NCBI GenBank assembly: GCA_963666055.2
Contig: CAXWPH010000003.1
Span: forward strand, 1-64,000
Direction: 5' to 3'
Length of the DNA stretch: 64,000 nucleotides
From: Acidobacteriota bacterium
GTDB lineage: Bacteria > Acidobacteriota > UBA890 > WLXD01
Positions 47,945 to 58,307 of this stretch are shown here, piece by piece. The notes beneath the pieces were generated by a model, which saw nothing but the letters and a program-made list of their open reading frames with translations, did not search any database and was not told the origin of the DNA. The stretch's first letter is position 1. Every line of letters begins with the position of its first letter. Position numbers and translations under genes: made by a program.

Positions 47945-48549
47945 CCTGGGCGGCGCTGTTCGCTCTGGGCGCGTTTCACGGCATCAACCCGGGTATGGGT
48001 TGGTTGTTTGCCGTAGCGCTGGGAATGCAGGAGCGCCGCCGCGCGGCGGTGTGGCGGACGCTCCTGCCGCTTGCCGTCGGCCATGCCTTTGCGGTGGCGG
48101 CGGCGCTGATGCTAGCTGTCGCGCTCGGGGTGGTGCTGCCGCTCGGAACGCTGAGGCTGATCGTCGCGGCGCTGCTGATCGGTTTCGGTGCGTACAAGCT
48201 GGTGCGGTCGCGGCATCCACGATACGGCGGCATGCAGATGTCGCAGTGGAATCTTGTGGTGTGGTCGTTTCTCATGGCATCGGCTCACGGCGCCGGGTTG
48301 ATGGTGGCACCGTTGCTCTTGGGCGCCGGAGGCCGCTCTGCGATGGACATGCCCGCCACCGCTGGCGCTGCCGTCGGACTCATGGCGGCGCTGGTGCACA
48401 CGGCGGGCTATCTGCTGGTGACTGGCGTGGTGGCGGTGATCGTCTATGAGTACTTCGGCGTTCTGTTTCTGCGCCGTGCTTGGATCAACCTTGACCTGAT
48501 CTGGGCCGTGGCGCTCGTGCTTACGGGTGTGGCTACCCTGCTGATCTAG
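47938..48549 (+). CDS. His-containing integral membrane protein downstream of SBP56
   Basis: GAFHGINPGMGWL, AVGHA, ASAHGAG, LVHTAG; about six TMs. Confidence 0.8.
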   Translation: MVAWAALFALGAFHGINPGMGWLFAVALGMQERRRAAVWRTLLPLAVGHAFAVAAALMLAVALGVVLPLGTLRLIVAALLIGFGAYKLVRSRHPRYGGMQMSQWNLVVWSFLMASAHGAGLMVAPLLLGAGGRSAMDMPATAGAAVGLMAALVHTAGYLLVTGVVAVIVYEYFGVLFLRRAWINLDLIWAVALVLTGVATLLI

Positions 48550-48824
48550 CAGGCCGAGGTGGAAGTGTGACGGGCCTGGCGACAGGGTCGTGCGAGGCGG
48601 AGGCAAGGAGAAAGGAGGAGGCGATGGTTACCCCATCGTCGACGACGAACGACACAGCATACGCGCGCAACCCCCTATCGCCCGGAGGGTTACGGTGATT
48701 TGGGGCCATCTGCGGCGTTGACCTTCCTCGACGATCGCGGGGGCATCGCGAGCGTCAGGCCGCCTTGCATCTGGCCCCAACTCGCCGTAACCAGGCCCGC
48801 CACACTTCCACCACGGCCTGCTAG
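48546..48824. mobile_element. 279-bp non-autonomous MITE-like structured repeat, full copy 2
   Basis: Same length and terminal inverted repeats as 30198-30476. Confidence 0.9.
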
Positions 48825-48958
48825 CCTGGTTGTCAAGAAGGATGTCGACGATGTGACAAGGTCGAGTCGGAGAGGATCACTACACGGTTGCTGGGTGGCC
48901 GTGACGCACGATAGCGCAGCACGTACAATGCGCCGCGGCCAAACTCGAGGAGGAAGGC

Positions 48959-49618
<660 letters not shown>

Positions 49619-49634
49619 CGGGCCGCACCCGAAG

Positions 49635-50174
49635 CTACCGGGTGGCGGATCCCAGGTCGACGAGCTGCGGGGCGTGCTCGTGTGCTTCGAGGAAACGGAG
49701 CATGTCCTGCGGCTGGATCGACGTTGTCCTGGCATTGTCCAGCGGGTGGAAGTTCCAGGCTGCGGCGTCGAGCAGGCTGCGCTCGATGGCGACCTGCACG
49801 TTGAGGCCGTGATCGTTGATCACGGCGAACGGTGTCACCGCGCCCGGGATCACTCCCAGGTTCTCCATCAGGCGCTGCGCGCTGCCGAACGAAAGTCGCC
49901 CGCTGCGGAGCAGAGTCGGCAGCTTCTTGAGATCGACGCGACGGTCCTCGCGGCACACCACGAGCCACATCTTTTTCTTCTTGTCACGTAGGAAGAGGTT
50001 CTTGGTGTGAGCTCCCGCTAGCTTGCCGCGGTGTGCCTTGGCCTCCGCGACGGTGAAAACGGGCTCGTGCTCGATCGTTTGCACGTCGATCTCGAGGTCA
50101 CTCAGGTGGCCGAGGAGGTCCTCGTAGGTAGCCGGCTCGCTGCCGTCGGCGAGGGTGTTGGGCGTCTCGGTCAC
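49635..50174 (-). CDS. ProX/YbaK-family aminoacyl-tRNA deacylase
   Basis: HEPVFTV, KNLFLRDKK, LGVIPGAVTPF, NFHPLDN. Confidence 0.92.
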   Translation of the reverse strand: MTETPNTLADGSEPATYEDLLGHLSDLEIDVQTIEHEPVFTVAEAKAHRGKLAGAHTKNLFLRDKKKKMWLVVCREDRRVDLKKLPTLLRSGRLSFGSAQRLMENLGVIPGAVTPFAVINDHGLNVQVAIERSLLDAAAWNFHPLDNARTTSIQPQDMLRFLEAHEHAPQLVDLGSATR

Positions 50175-50635
50175 GGTGACCCTCCTTCGACGAGCTCATT
50201 CCAGATAGCTCGGTGCACCTTCCACGCGCCCTCGTCGCGGCGTAGCACACGTAGAAGCTTGTAGGCACGTTTGTCCTCTACTCCGGTCTGCGGATGGCGC
50301 GTGGTTCCGCGCACGATGCCCCATTCGAAGGCGTGATCGCCGACGATCTCGACCTCCTCGAACTCGAAGGCGTACTCGATTACTTCGACCGAAGATTCGG
50401 CGTTACCGGCTGCCTCGAGCTGCGCGAAGAGCTCCGGGCCTCGAAGGCGCGGTCCGCCAGGTGCGAGCATTACTCCGTCGTCGGTCCACAGCGCCGCGAG
50501 CGCCGCGTAGTCGCGTGCCTTCGCGGCTTTTACATCGCGCGCGTGGAGTGCCTCTATCGCAGCTCGGTCGTCCAGCTCGCTCACCAGTCCTCCGGAACGT
50601 CGAACAATGATGCTCTGCCACAAAGTCGGAGACAA
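50171..50635 (-). CDS. NTF2/SnoaL-like (DUF4440) protein; start uncertain
   Basis: DRAAIEAL..LWTDDGV..GDHAFEWG..VLRR..WKV. Confidence 0.8.
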   Translation of the reverse strand: MSPTLWQSIIVRRSGGLVSELDDRAAIEALHARDVKAAKARDYAALAALWTDDGVMLAPGGPRLRGPELFAQLEAAGNAESSVEVIEYAFEFEEVEIVGDHAFEWGIVRGTTRHPQTGVEDKRAYKLLRVLRRDEGAWKVHRAIWNELVEGGSP

Positions 50636-50714
50636 CGATGAGCCACCCTACAGCCGCCTTGTACTCACGCCCGATCGCGGCGACTACGGCATGCCGGAGA
50701 CGTTGCTGCGGGTG

Positions 50715-52829
50715 CTACTCGCCTGCCGTGGCTGTCTCAGGCTCGAGGTACTTGTCGTACCAGGCCAGGTAACGCCGGTGCAGGTCCTGGCGGTAGTAGG
50801 GCAGGTTGATGCCGTGGTGCATGTTCGGGTAGACAACGAGTAGCGCCTCGCGGCCCATGCTCTTGACTGCCTGATACATCATCTCGGCGTGAATGATGGG
50901 GACGTTCCAGTCCTCCTTGCCGCCCACCCACATGGTCGGTGTGGTGATCTTATCGACGTCGTTGTACGACGACAGCTTCTCGTAGATCGCCCGCGCCTCG
51001 GGTTCCCACGGGTTTCCAAACTCCAGCCGGTACCAGCGCTGATAGTGATCGTGCCCGTAGCTGCTGATCCAGTGTGCTCCGGAGGCACCGGCGATCGCGG
51101 CTTTGAAGCGTTGCGTCTGGGTGATGACGTAGTTGGTGAGGATGCCGCCGTAGGACCAGCCGCCGACGCCGAGTCGATCGGGGTCAGCCCAGCCGAGCTT
51201 GATGGCGTGGTCGACGCCGGCGATCACGTCCTGGGTGTCCTTGTCACCCCAGGACTGCCAGATCCCCATCTGGAAGGCTTTGCCGTAGCCCGACGAGCCG
51301 CGAGGGTTCGTGGTCACCACCAAGTAGCCGTTGGCGGCGAACAGCTGTGCCTCGTAGTTCCATCCGTAGGTGTACTGCGACACCGGGCCGCCGTGGATTC
51401 GCAGGATGGTCGGATAACGCACGCCCTCTTGGAAGTTCAGTGGCTTGAATATGAAGCCCTCGATCTCGGTTCCGTCGGCGCTCGGGAAGTGCACGTTCTC
51501 AACCTCGGCCAGATCGATCCCGGTCAGCATCTCGTCATTGTTGCGGGTGAGCTTGCGTAGATCGCCGCTGTCCTCGCGAAGGTAGAGATTGCCCGGCTCG
51601 TGCGGCCCGCTGATCAGCGCAACGATCGTGCCATCGTCAGAGATAGTCACTGCGTTGACGCTGCGCGGCCCATCGATGACCCGTATCACTTCGCCGCCCC
51701 GGGTGGAGATCATTGCCAGGTGACGCTCGCCGCTGTCGTCGACCTGGAAGTAGACGGAGTTTCCGTCGGCGCTGAACATCGGCCGGCGGCTACCCCGATC
51801 CAAGCCTTCGGTGAGGATCATCGCCTGTCCGCCGGGCTCGATTATCGCCACCTTGGCGACGTCATAGGGAGAGTGATCGATATCGGTCTCGGTGATGTGG
51901 GCGATTCGTGCGCCGTCCGGGCTCCAAGTGGGAGAGCCGTCCGAGCCGGGGTTCGTGGTGACCTGCGTCAGCCGGGCCCCCATGTCGGTGTTGCCGGCCT
52001 CGACCAGCCAGATGTTGGTGTCGAAGTTGCCATCGGCATCATCCGTACGGTTGCTGACGAAGGCGATCGTCTTGCCGTCGGGTGACCAGACAGGCTGGGA
52101 GTCGTCGTAGTCGCCCGAGGTGATCTGCACAATCTCCCTGCTACCCAGATCAAACGTGTAGAGGTGGTCTCGACGCCGATCCAGGTAGCCAACGTAGTCA
52201 CGCTTGAACTGCAGCCGGTCGACCACCCAGGGCTCGGGAATATCCGAGCCGTCCTTCGTCTTGGCGGCGGGATTCGTCTCCGGCGCCGGGTCCTTGATGC
52301 GCAGCGCCATCCGTCGACCGTCCGGTGCCCACTCGTAGCCCGAGACGCCTTCCTCGGCTTCGGTGAGCTGCACGGCCTCACCGCCAGAGGTCAGATCAAG
52401 CGCCCACACCTGCGTCTTGTCGCCGTCGCGCGCCGACAGGAAAGACAGCTGCCTCCCATCCGGGCTCCATCGCGGGCTCGAGGCGGAGCTTCCTTTCCCG
52501 GTCATCGGAATCGGTGCGCCACCGTCGCGATCGACGACCCAGATCCGCGTTTCCGAGCTGTTGGTGTCGTAATCCGTGGTCCCGACCGTATAGGCGACGC
52601 GCCTGCCGTCCGGGCTGATCTGAGGTGAGCCTACCCGCTCGATCAGGAACTGGTCGTCGATGGTGATTCCGGGCCGCTGCGGCGCCGAGCCGAGTCTGAC
52701 GGCCGGCGGAGCGCTGCCATCGGCTAGCGCTTGCGCCGAGCTAGCGGAGGGATGCACGGCGCTTGCGGCGATCCCGGCAACGAGTGTGGCGCAGATTGGT
52801 ACCGAGCGCAGGGCAGGTCGGGTCTTCAT
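50715..52829 (-). CDS. S9 family (acylaminoacyl/dipeptidyl) peptidase, exported
   Basis: Signal peptide; WSPDG propeller repeats; IHGGP, GWSYGG, D and H in the C-terminal domain. Confidence 0.93.
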   Translation of the reverse strand: MKTRPALRSVPICATLVAGIAASAVHPSASSAQALADGSAPPAVRLGSAPQRPGITIDDQFLIERVGSPQISPDGRRVAYTVGTTDYDTNSSETRIWVVDRDGGAPIPMTGKGSSASSPRWSPDGRQLSFLSARDGDKTQVWALDLTSGGEAVQLTEAEEGVSGYEWAPDGRRMALRIKDPAPETNPAAKTKDGSDIPEPWVVDRLQFKRDYVGYLDRRRDHLYTFDLGSREIVQITSGDYDDSQPVWSPDGKTIAFVSNRTDDADGNFDTNIWLVEAGNTDMGARLTQVTTNPGSDGSPTWSPDGARIAHITETDIDHSPYDVAKVAIIEPGGQAMILTEGLDRGSRRPMFSADGNSVYFQVDDSGERHLAMISTRGGEVIRVIDGPRSVNAVTISDDGTIVALISGPHEPGNLYLREDSGDLRKLTRNNDEMLTGIDLAEVENVHFPSADGTEIEGFIFKPLNFQEGVRYPTILRIHGGPVSQYTYGWNYEAQLFAANGYLVVTTNPRGSSGYGKAFQMGIWQSWGDKDTQDVIAGVDHAIKLGWADPDRLGVGGWSYGGILTNYVITQTQRFKAAIAGASGAHWISSYGHDHYQRWYRLEFGNPWEPEARAIYEKLSSYNDVDKITTPTMWVGGKEDWNVPIIHAEMMYQAVKSMGREALLVVYPNMHHGINLPYYRQDLHRRYLAWYDKYLEPETATAGE

Positions 52830-53192
52830 CTCGGGGTTTCCTCCAATGGTGCCAGCATGTTCGATGGTCACAAGAGTTGCCGGCATTCGACCATAGGCGA
52901 CGGGATTTCTCAACGGATGCGGCGCTCGCTCAAGGGCCGCGGACGGCCGTCGGCAGGCTGGATCTGGCTCAGGCGCGCTGCGCTGCTGGCGACCCGTGGC
53001 TAGTTGTCGTACCTGCTTGGTGCCAGCCTGCCCCCGTTTCGGGACCTGGCCATCGTTGTCCGCAGAGAAACTGGCGAGATACCTGTTTCGGCAGCGGTAC
53101 CGCGCTCGATGTGCTGTTATCTATCTCTCGATATGTTCAACAGTGCCACACAGAGTTGTGATGGGCATGGATAGTAACGCGAGGAGCTGAAC

Positions 53193-54791
53193 TTGACGCC
53201 TACTCTCCAGAGCAACGCCGGCTCAGCCTACCTTGTCACGCTGCTGGTTATGGCCATTACCCTGGCCCTCGGGACGGCCCTGGTGACCGGCGGCGTCACC
53301 GAGCTCGACATCTCCGGCCACTACCGGAATCGGGCGACCGCTTACTATGCCGCGGATTCGGGCATCGAACAGACGGTCGTCGATCTCCTTGCCGACTCGA
53401 CCTGGATTGAGCAGGTCATCGAATCTGACCCTTGGGCGCTGGTCAACCCGTTCCCGTCGACGGTCACGTTCGACGGCATGACCTTGAACCTGCCGACCGA
53501 CGGCAACGGCGACGTGATTCCGGGGTACGTAGATCTGGGAAGCTCGCAGGGTATCGGCTACGGTGCGTTCACCCGCGAGATCTGGATGCCGCCGACGCTG
53601 ACCATGTCGGGCGCCGACTCGGTGCTCGCGTTTCGCACACGGTCGACCGGTAGCGGCGGCACCGGCGACCAGTCGACCCAGATCGTGCGCGCCGACATTA
53701 GGGCAAAGATGCGTGACCACGGCGTCTGGGACAATGCCATCTTCGCCGATACCGCTGCCGGGGGAGGCACCATCAACGGCCACGTTGCCATCCGCGGCTC
53801 GGTGCACATCGTCGGCGATGAATTATCTCCGCCGACGATCACACTGGGCGGCACCGGAGACATCCGCAACAACTACGGCGATGCGGTTTCGTGGTTCGGC
53901 GCCGCCGAGGCGGGCAAGCTACCGGCGCTGCCGACCGTGGATGTGAACGGCGTCAGCGTCGAGACGCTCAATGCCATTGTCCGCGCACGATACGCAGACG
54001 TCTCGCTCACCGGGACCGCCGATATTGGCGAGGCGAACGACGATGGCAACAACATCAAGGAGACCATCGACGCCGTGCACTCCGACGGCACGGTCGGGCC
54101 CGCATCGGACGTTCATTCGGACTACTGGGGAGCGTACGACACCGATGGCGTGGAGTTCCCGTTGCTGTCTGATCCCTACACCGACCCGGCGACGGGCACC
54201 CTGTGGGCGATCCACACGGACTTCCTGAACTCCAACTCGTTGACCATCACCGAGACCGAGATCTCGAAGAACATCGCCGCTTTCAGCCATTCCGACGGCA
54301 ACGGTAATTCGGTCTCCTGGGACCCGTCCACACTGACGCTGGACATCGAAGGTATCATCAAGGTCGACGGCTCGCTGCGCTTTGGCCGGCCAGGCGGCGC
54401 GCCCTCGCTGCGAGGCGTGAACTATCAAGGTACCGGTACCTTCTACACGACCAACGATATTCACGTCGAAGGATTCATGGTCCCGGTCAACAACTACGTA
54501 GTCGACGGTAATCTCGGGCTGATCGCCGCCGCCGACGTCATCATGAACGAGGCCTCGCAAATCAGCGTCTTCGCCGCCGTCTACGGACAGGACCAGATCA
54601 GGGTCACCAAGCAAACGGCAATCGCAGGTGCCCTGGTCTCGACAGGGTTCGACTTCGGCACGGACGTGCCGGGTGTGTTCCACGTGCCGTCGTTGAGCAC
54701 CAACCTGCCGCCGGGTATGCCTGGCGGAGGAAGGGTGACGTCGATCGACCGGATCGAGGTCGCCAACTGGTTCCAGGAGTCCGGCCAATGA
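53193..54791 (+). CDS. PilX-like minor pilin with large beta-rich C-terminal domain
   Basis: AG|SAYLVTLL hydrophobic helix lacking E5; AYYAADSGIE. Confidence 0.75.
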   Translation: MTPTLQSNAGSAYLVTLLVMAITLALGTALVTGGVTELDISGHYRNRATAYYAADSGIEQTVVDLLADSTWIEQVIESDPWALVNPFPSTVTFDGMTLNLPTDGNGDVIPGYVDLGSSQGIGYGAFTREIWMPPTLTMSGADSVLAFRTRSTGSGGTGDQSTQIVRADIRAKMRDHGVWDNAIFADTAAGGGTINGHVAIRGSVHIVGDELSPPTITLGGTGDIRNNYGDAVSWFGAAEAGKLPALPTVDVNGVSVETLNAIVRARYADVSLTGTADIGEANDDGNNIKETIDAVHSDGTVGPASDVHSDYWGAYDTDGVEFPLLSDPYTDPATGTLWAIHTDFLNSNSLTITETEISKNIAAFSHSDGNGNSVSWDPSTLTLDIEGIIKVDGSLRFGRPGGAPSLRGVNYQGTGTFYTTNDIHVEGFMVPVNNYVVDGNLGLIAAADVIMNEASQISVFAAVYGQDQIRVTKQTAIAGALVSTGFDFGTDVPGVFHVPSLSTNLPPGMPGGGRVTSIDRIEVANWFQESGQ

Positions 54792-55246
54792 GCACGGCGG
54801 AGCGTCGAATGATCTCGTCGCCCCTGCGAGGGTTGAGGACTTCCGCGGCCGACGAAGGTGGGTTGTCGCTGCTGGAGTTGACGATCTCCATGCTGCTCTT
54901 GCTCATGGTCTTGCTGTCGGTCGCCCAGCTGTTCTTGGCCGGCGCGGCAATCAACAAGGCCGCTGACGACATCACCCAGGTCACGACGCTGGCCAGCGAA
55001 AAGATCGAACAGCTGCGCCAGATTCCGTACAACAGCATCATTGCGGGCGGCTCGTTGCTTTCCGACGAGAGTGGGTTCTTCGACTCAGCGGACGTGGAGG
55101 ACGACGGTGATGTCGACTACACGCGTCGATGGGCAATCACCGATCAGGGAGACTACTTCGAGCTCGATGTCCGAGTTGTCGCGCAGATTGGAGCGATGGG
55201 CACAATCAAGGAGACCACCCTGACCGCCATTTCGGCTCCACGATGA
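54788..55246 (+). CDS. PilV-like minor pilin
   Basis: G|LSLLE prepilin site; LASEKIEQLR, YTRRW. Confidence 0.8.
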   Translation: MSTAERRMISSPLRGLRTSAADEGGLSLLELTISMLLLLMVLLSVAQLFLAGAAINKAADDITQVTTLASEKIEQLRQIPYNSIIAGGSLLSDESGFFDSADVEDDGDVDYTRRWAITDQGDYFELDVRVVAQIGAMGTIKETTLTAISAPR

Positions 55247-55253
55247 GCCCCTG

Positions 55254-55913
55254 ATGATCGTTCACGCTGATGATGCGGGTACCGGCTTGCTGGAGCTGCT
55301 CATTGCCGCCACGATTCTCACTCTGGTGGTGGGCGGAGTGTTGTCGATGCTCACCGGTAGCCAGAACCTGTTCGAGTCTCAGCAAGCCGACATGGGCATG
55401 AGACAGGAGGCCCGCGTGGCGCTCGACAAGATTGTTCGCGAGACGCGCGTCGCCGGGTACGACATAGGTACTGTTGCCGAGATCTTCAGCTTGGCCACCC
55501 CGTCCGCGCTGCAGTTTGCTGCCGACGTCGACGACGGTGACAGTGATCCGCCTTGCGCGGCCGGGTTCGAGAACGCCGTTGGCGGCGGCGCCGAGCGTCT
55601 CGGCTACGCGGTCGTTGGCACGCAGATCCTACGCAGCGTCGACTGCTGGGACGGAAGTTCCTGGACGCCGGAGATTACCAGTCAAGTCCTGGTGGCGAGC
55701 GTCACGAGCGGTCAAACCGTCTTCCGCTATTTCGATGAAACGGGCGCCGAGCTAATTCCTGGTGTCGGTGGGCTCGTCGCCGCTGATCGCAGCCGGATTC
55801 GCTCGGTTTCCATCCAGCTCGACCTGATCGACGATGCGGTTACACAACTGGTCGGCGATACGCACACCAACTACGAGCTCACCGCACAGGTGAAGGTCCA
55901 CAACGCCCAGTAG
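55254..55913 (+). CDS. PilW-like minor pilin
   Basis: G|TGLLE prepilin site; QEARVALD..RETRVAGY, FRYFD, IRSVSI. Confidence 0.8.
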   Translation: MIVHADDAGTGLLELLIAATILTLVVGGVLSMLTGSQNLFESQQADMGMRQEARVALDKIVRETRVAGYDIGTVAEIFSLATPSALQFAADVDDGDSDPPCAAGFENAVGGGAERLGYAVVGTQILRSVDCWDGSSWTPEITSQVLVASVTSGQTVFRYFDETGAELIPGVGGLVAADRSRIRSVSIQLDLIDDAVTQLVGDTHTNYELTAQVKVHNAQ

Positions 55914-55933
55914 GGCGAGTCAGGAGGACGCTC

Positions 55934-56416
55934 ATGCCACGATCTACAGACAATCGAAACCGCCGTCGCATTCGCAATTTTCTCGTCAGCCCGCGGGTGC
56001 AATATCGCTACGGACTGTAATTCTTTGGCGTCGCGGGCATTGCGGCGGTTCTGACGCAGCTCCTGCTGATCTATGCGTTCCAGCGGATCATGGGCCAGGC
56101 GATGCTCCATACCTCTATCGATCCTCTAGAGCTGGCCGCCGCAGTTGGACAGCCACTACGCAGCCTGGGGATCTGGATGGCCCTGCTGGTCCCGTTACTC
56201 GCTATGGTCTGCGGTGCTTTTGCGATCTGGCTGACGCACCGTTTCGTGGGTCCGCAGGTGGCGATTCAGCGCCATATCGAGCGCCTCAAGGCGGGCGACT
56301 ATGCCCACACATGCAACCTGCGCACTCACGACGAGCTCAAGGGGGTTGCCGGGGCGTTGAATGAGCTGACGGAGGCGCTGCGCCACCAAGATGAGCGCCA
56401 CGGAATCGCCGCATAG
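55934..56416 (+). pseudogene. Small two-TM HAMP-like protein with in-frame TAA at 56018-56020
   Basis: AGGAGG RBS; RRRIRNFLVSPRVQYRYGL*FFG.. in frame with THRFVGP..LRTHDEL. Confidence 0.7.
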
Positions 56417-56442
56417 CCCTGTAGCGTGCAGGGCGCCCGGGA

Positions 56443-57111
56443 CTATTCCACGGCGATGAGCGCGAGCCCGACACCGCTCGCGTCAACGCCCACCTCTACA
56501 TCGAGCTCGACCACCGGGTCGCCGGCGACGTTCCACGCGGTCAGTTCGTAGGAGCCAAGCGGCACGTTCTCGATGCGAAACTCGCCGTCGTTGTTGGCGA
56601 CCGCAGCGTATGGGTGCGAGACGACGAGAATCAGCGCCATCATTGCGGGGTGGATGTCACAGCGCACCGTATAGGGACCCGGGTCAACGAAGATGTACTC
56701 GACGCTCTCGTCCATCAGCAAGTTGGTATTCACGACCACCGCGTGGGTCTCGGCGTGTGCCACGCGGACGTGATGGTCGACATCCTCGCTGTTGCGGAAG
56801 CGAACTGGCTGACCCTGCCGCGTAATCGACAGCGGAGGATCGAACGTGTAGCCGAACTGATCGATAAGCGTTACCGCTATCGGTGGTCGGGTGTCGTCGG
56901 CGGATCTTGGTTGTAGCGCTACCAGTGCGGGGCCGATTTGTTCCGGCAGGGTTGCTACGAGTACCTCGGCTCCGGTCATCGTCGTTACGAGAGCCTCGCC
57001 TGCCGCCGGGTCTGGCGCCTGATCTCCCCGGGCACACGACGCGAAGGCTATGCAGCAGGCGATCAGCAGCCCATAGGGCTGCAATACGGAGCGCTCCGCG
57101 CCGGCTGTCAT
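56443..57111 (-). CDS. Exported cupredoxin-like + carboxypeptidase-regulatory-like domain protein
   Basis: FRNSEDVDHHV, CDIHPAM, HPYAAV..GEFRIENVP.GSY. Confidence 0.78.
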   Translation of the reverse strand: MTAGAERSVLQPYGLLIACCIAFASCARGDQAPDPAAGEALVTTMTGAEVLVATLPEQIGPALVALQPRSADDTRPPIAVTLIDQFGYTFDPPLSITRQGQPVRFRNSEDVDHHVRVAHAETHAVVVNTNLLMDESVEYIFVDPGPYTVRCDIHPAMMALILVVSHPYAAVANNDGEFRIENVPLGSYELTAWNVAGDPVVELDVEVGVDASGVGLALIAVE

Positions 57112-57120
57112 GCCGCCAGT

Positions 57121-57819
57121 CTATCGGGCGGCGAGCTCGGCTGGGCAACTTACCCTTGCGCCGGGGGCGCGGTCCAGCAGCGGGCAAGGGTTGATTGGTC
57201 CGGCAAAGTCGTGCACCTCGAAATGCAGGTGGGGGATGCCGCCGCTCGCGTTCCCGGTGTTGCCGACGGTGCCGATCTGCTGCCCGCTCAGTACGTATTG
57301 CCCGGATCGCACGGCGCGCGAGTCGAGGTGGGTGAAGACGAACTGGATCCTTTCATTGATGTCCAGGAGCACAACGGTGTGGCCACCCCGGCCACCGTTG
57401 CGCGAGGTGATCACGCGCGCGTCGACCGGAGCGCGTACGAGGGTGCCGCGTGGTGCGCCGATATCGATGCCAGCATGGCGCCGCGCGCCGCCATCCCGCG
57501 GCCCACCGAAGTGGCTGAGGATGGTGTTATCCCGGATTGCTGCGACCGGCAGGTGCCATTCTCGAGAATCAGCCCTTTCAATGGCCGCAATAGTCGGCGG
57601 GGGCTCGTAGCACTCCGGCATGAACAGAGTCTCGTGGCCCGTCGCAGTGGGATTCGAGGTCGCAGTCAGGGTCGCAATCGGAGTTGCAGTCGGGCGACGG
57701 TTTGGACGAAGTGCCGCGCTATGAGCGCAGCCGATCGTCAGCAGGGCGGCCAGTGCCAGACACGAGCGTTTCACGTGACTCTGCGTGCATGGGGAGGCGC
57801 GCGTGGCTGGCTCAACCAA
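57121..57819 (-). CDS. M23 family metallopeptidase; true start probably near GTG ~57777
   Basis: HAGIDI, FTHLD, VGNTGNA, PHLHF. Confidence 0.88.
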   Translation of the reverse strand: MVEPATRASPCTQSHVKRSCLALAALLTIGCAHSAALRPNRRPTATPIATLTATSNPTATGHETLFMPECYEPPPTIAAIERADSREWHLPVAAIRDNTILSHFGGPRDGGARRHAGIDIGAPRGTLVRAPVDARVITSRNGGRGGHTVVLLDINERIQFVFTHLDSRAVRSGQYVLSGQQIGTVGNTGNASGGIPHLHFEVHDFAGPINPCPLLDRAPGARVSCPAELAAR

Positions 57820-57979
57820 CCAGGATCGAGTCTAGAGAGGCGAGACTAGCCAGGGCAACACTTTTCGGTCAGCTGGGGCCAAATAGAGCCTGCGCGCGGC
57901 AGAGCGCATCTTGTTGGCGGTCTCGGACGCCCACGCAAGCGGGTCGGAATCGCCGCGAATCGGGGTGCCGCGTGCGGCC

Positions 57980-58172
57980 CTACTCGAACTTCAGCGCCCG
58001 TACCGGGTCGACGCGAGTAGCTCGCAGCGCCGGCACCAGGCTGGCGACGCTGGCCACCAGCAGGAGCACCAGCGACGTGGCCCCGAAGGCGAACAGATCG
58101 GTGCCGCTGACGCCGTACAGCAAGTTGGCTAATCGCCGGCCCATGAGCGCGGCCATGCCGGCGCCGATTCCA
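57980..58172 (-). pseudogene. 3' remnant of a FtsX/MacB-type (ADOP-like) ABC permease
   Basis: LANLLYGVSGTDLFAF..VASLVPALRATRVDPVRALKFE*. Confidence 0.8.
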
Positions 58173-58307
58173 GAGCCGGTCCATGCGTCAACCCCAGGGG
58201 GAGCATTCGGGCGAGGGGAGCTAGTCTACCCGTTTGCTTGACCTACAGGATCGTTTACGACATCCGATGAGGTCGCTGAGCGGACCGATCGCTGGCGGAA
58301 CGAGCTA

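Noticed and set aside
30198-48824. CTAG repeats as a CRISPR array or integron attC sites
   Set aside because: Dispersed rather than regularly spaced; no cas or intI gene; ends lack the RYYYAAC/GTTRRRY arrangement.
57837-57880. Other CTAG-containing intergenic sequences (e.g. 57846, 58221, 35664) as element remnants
   Set aside because: Sequence after CTAG does not match CAGGCCGTGGTGG.
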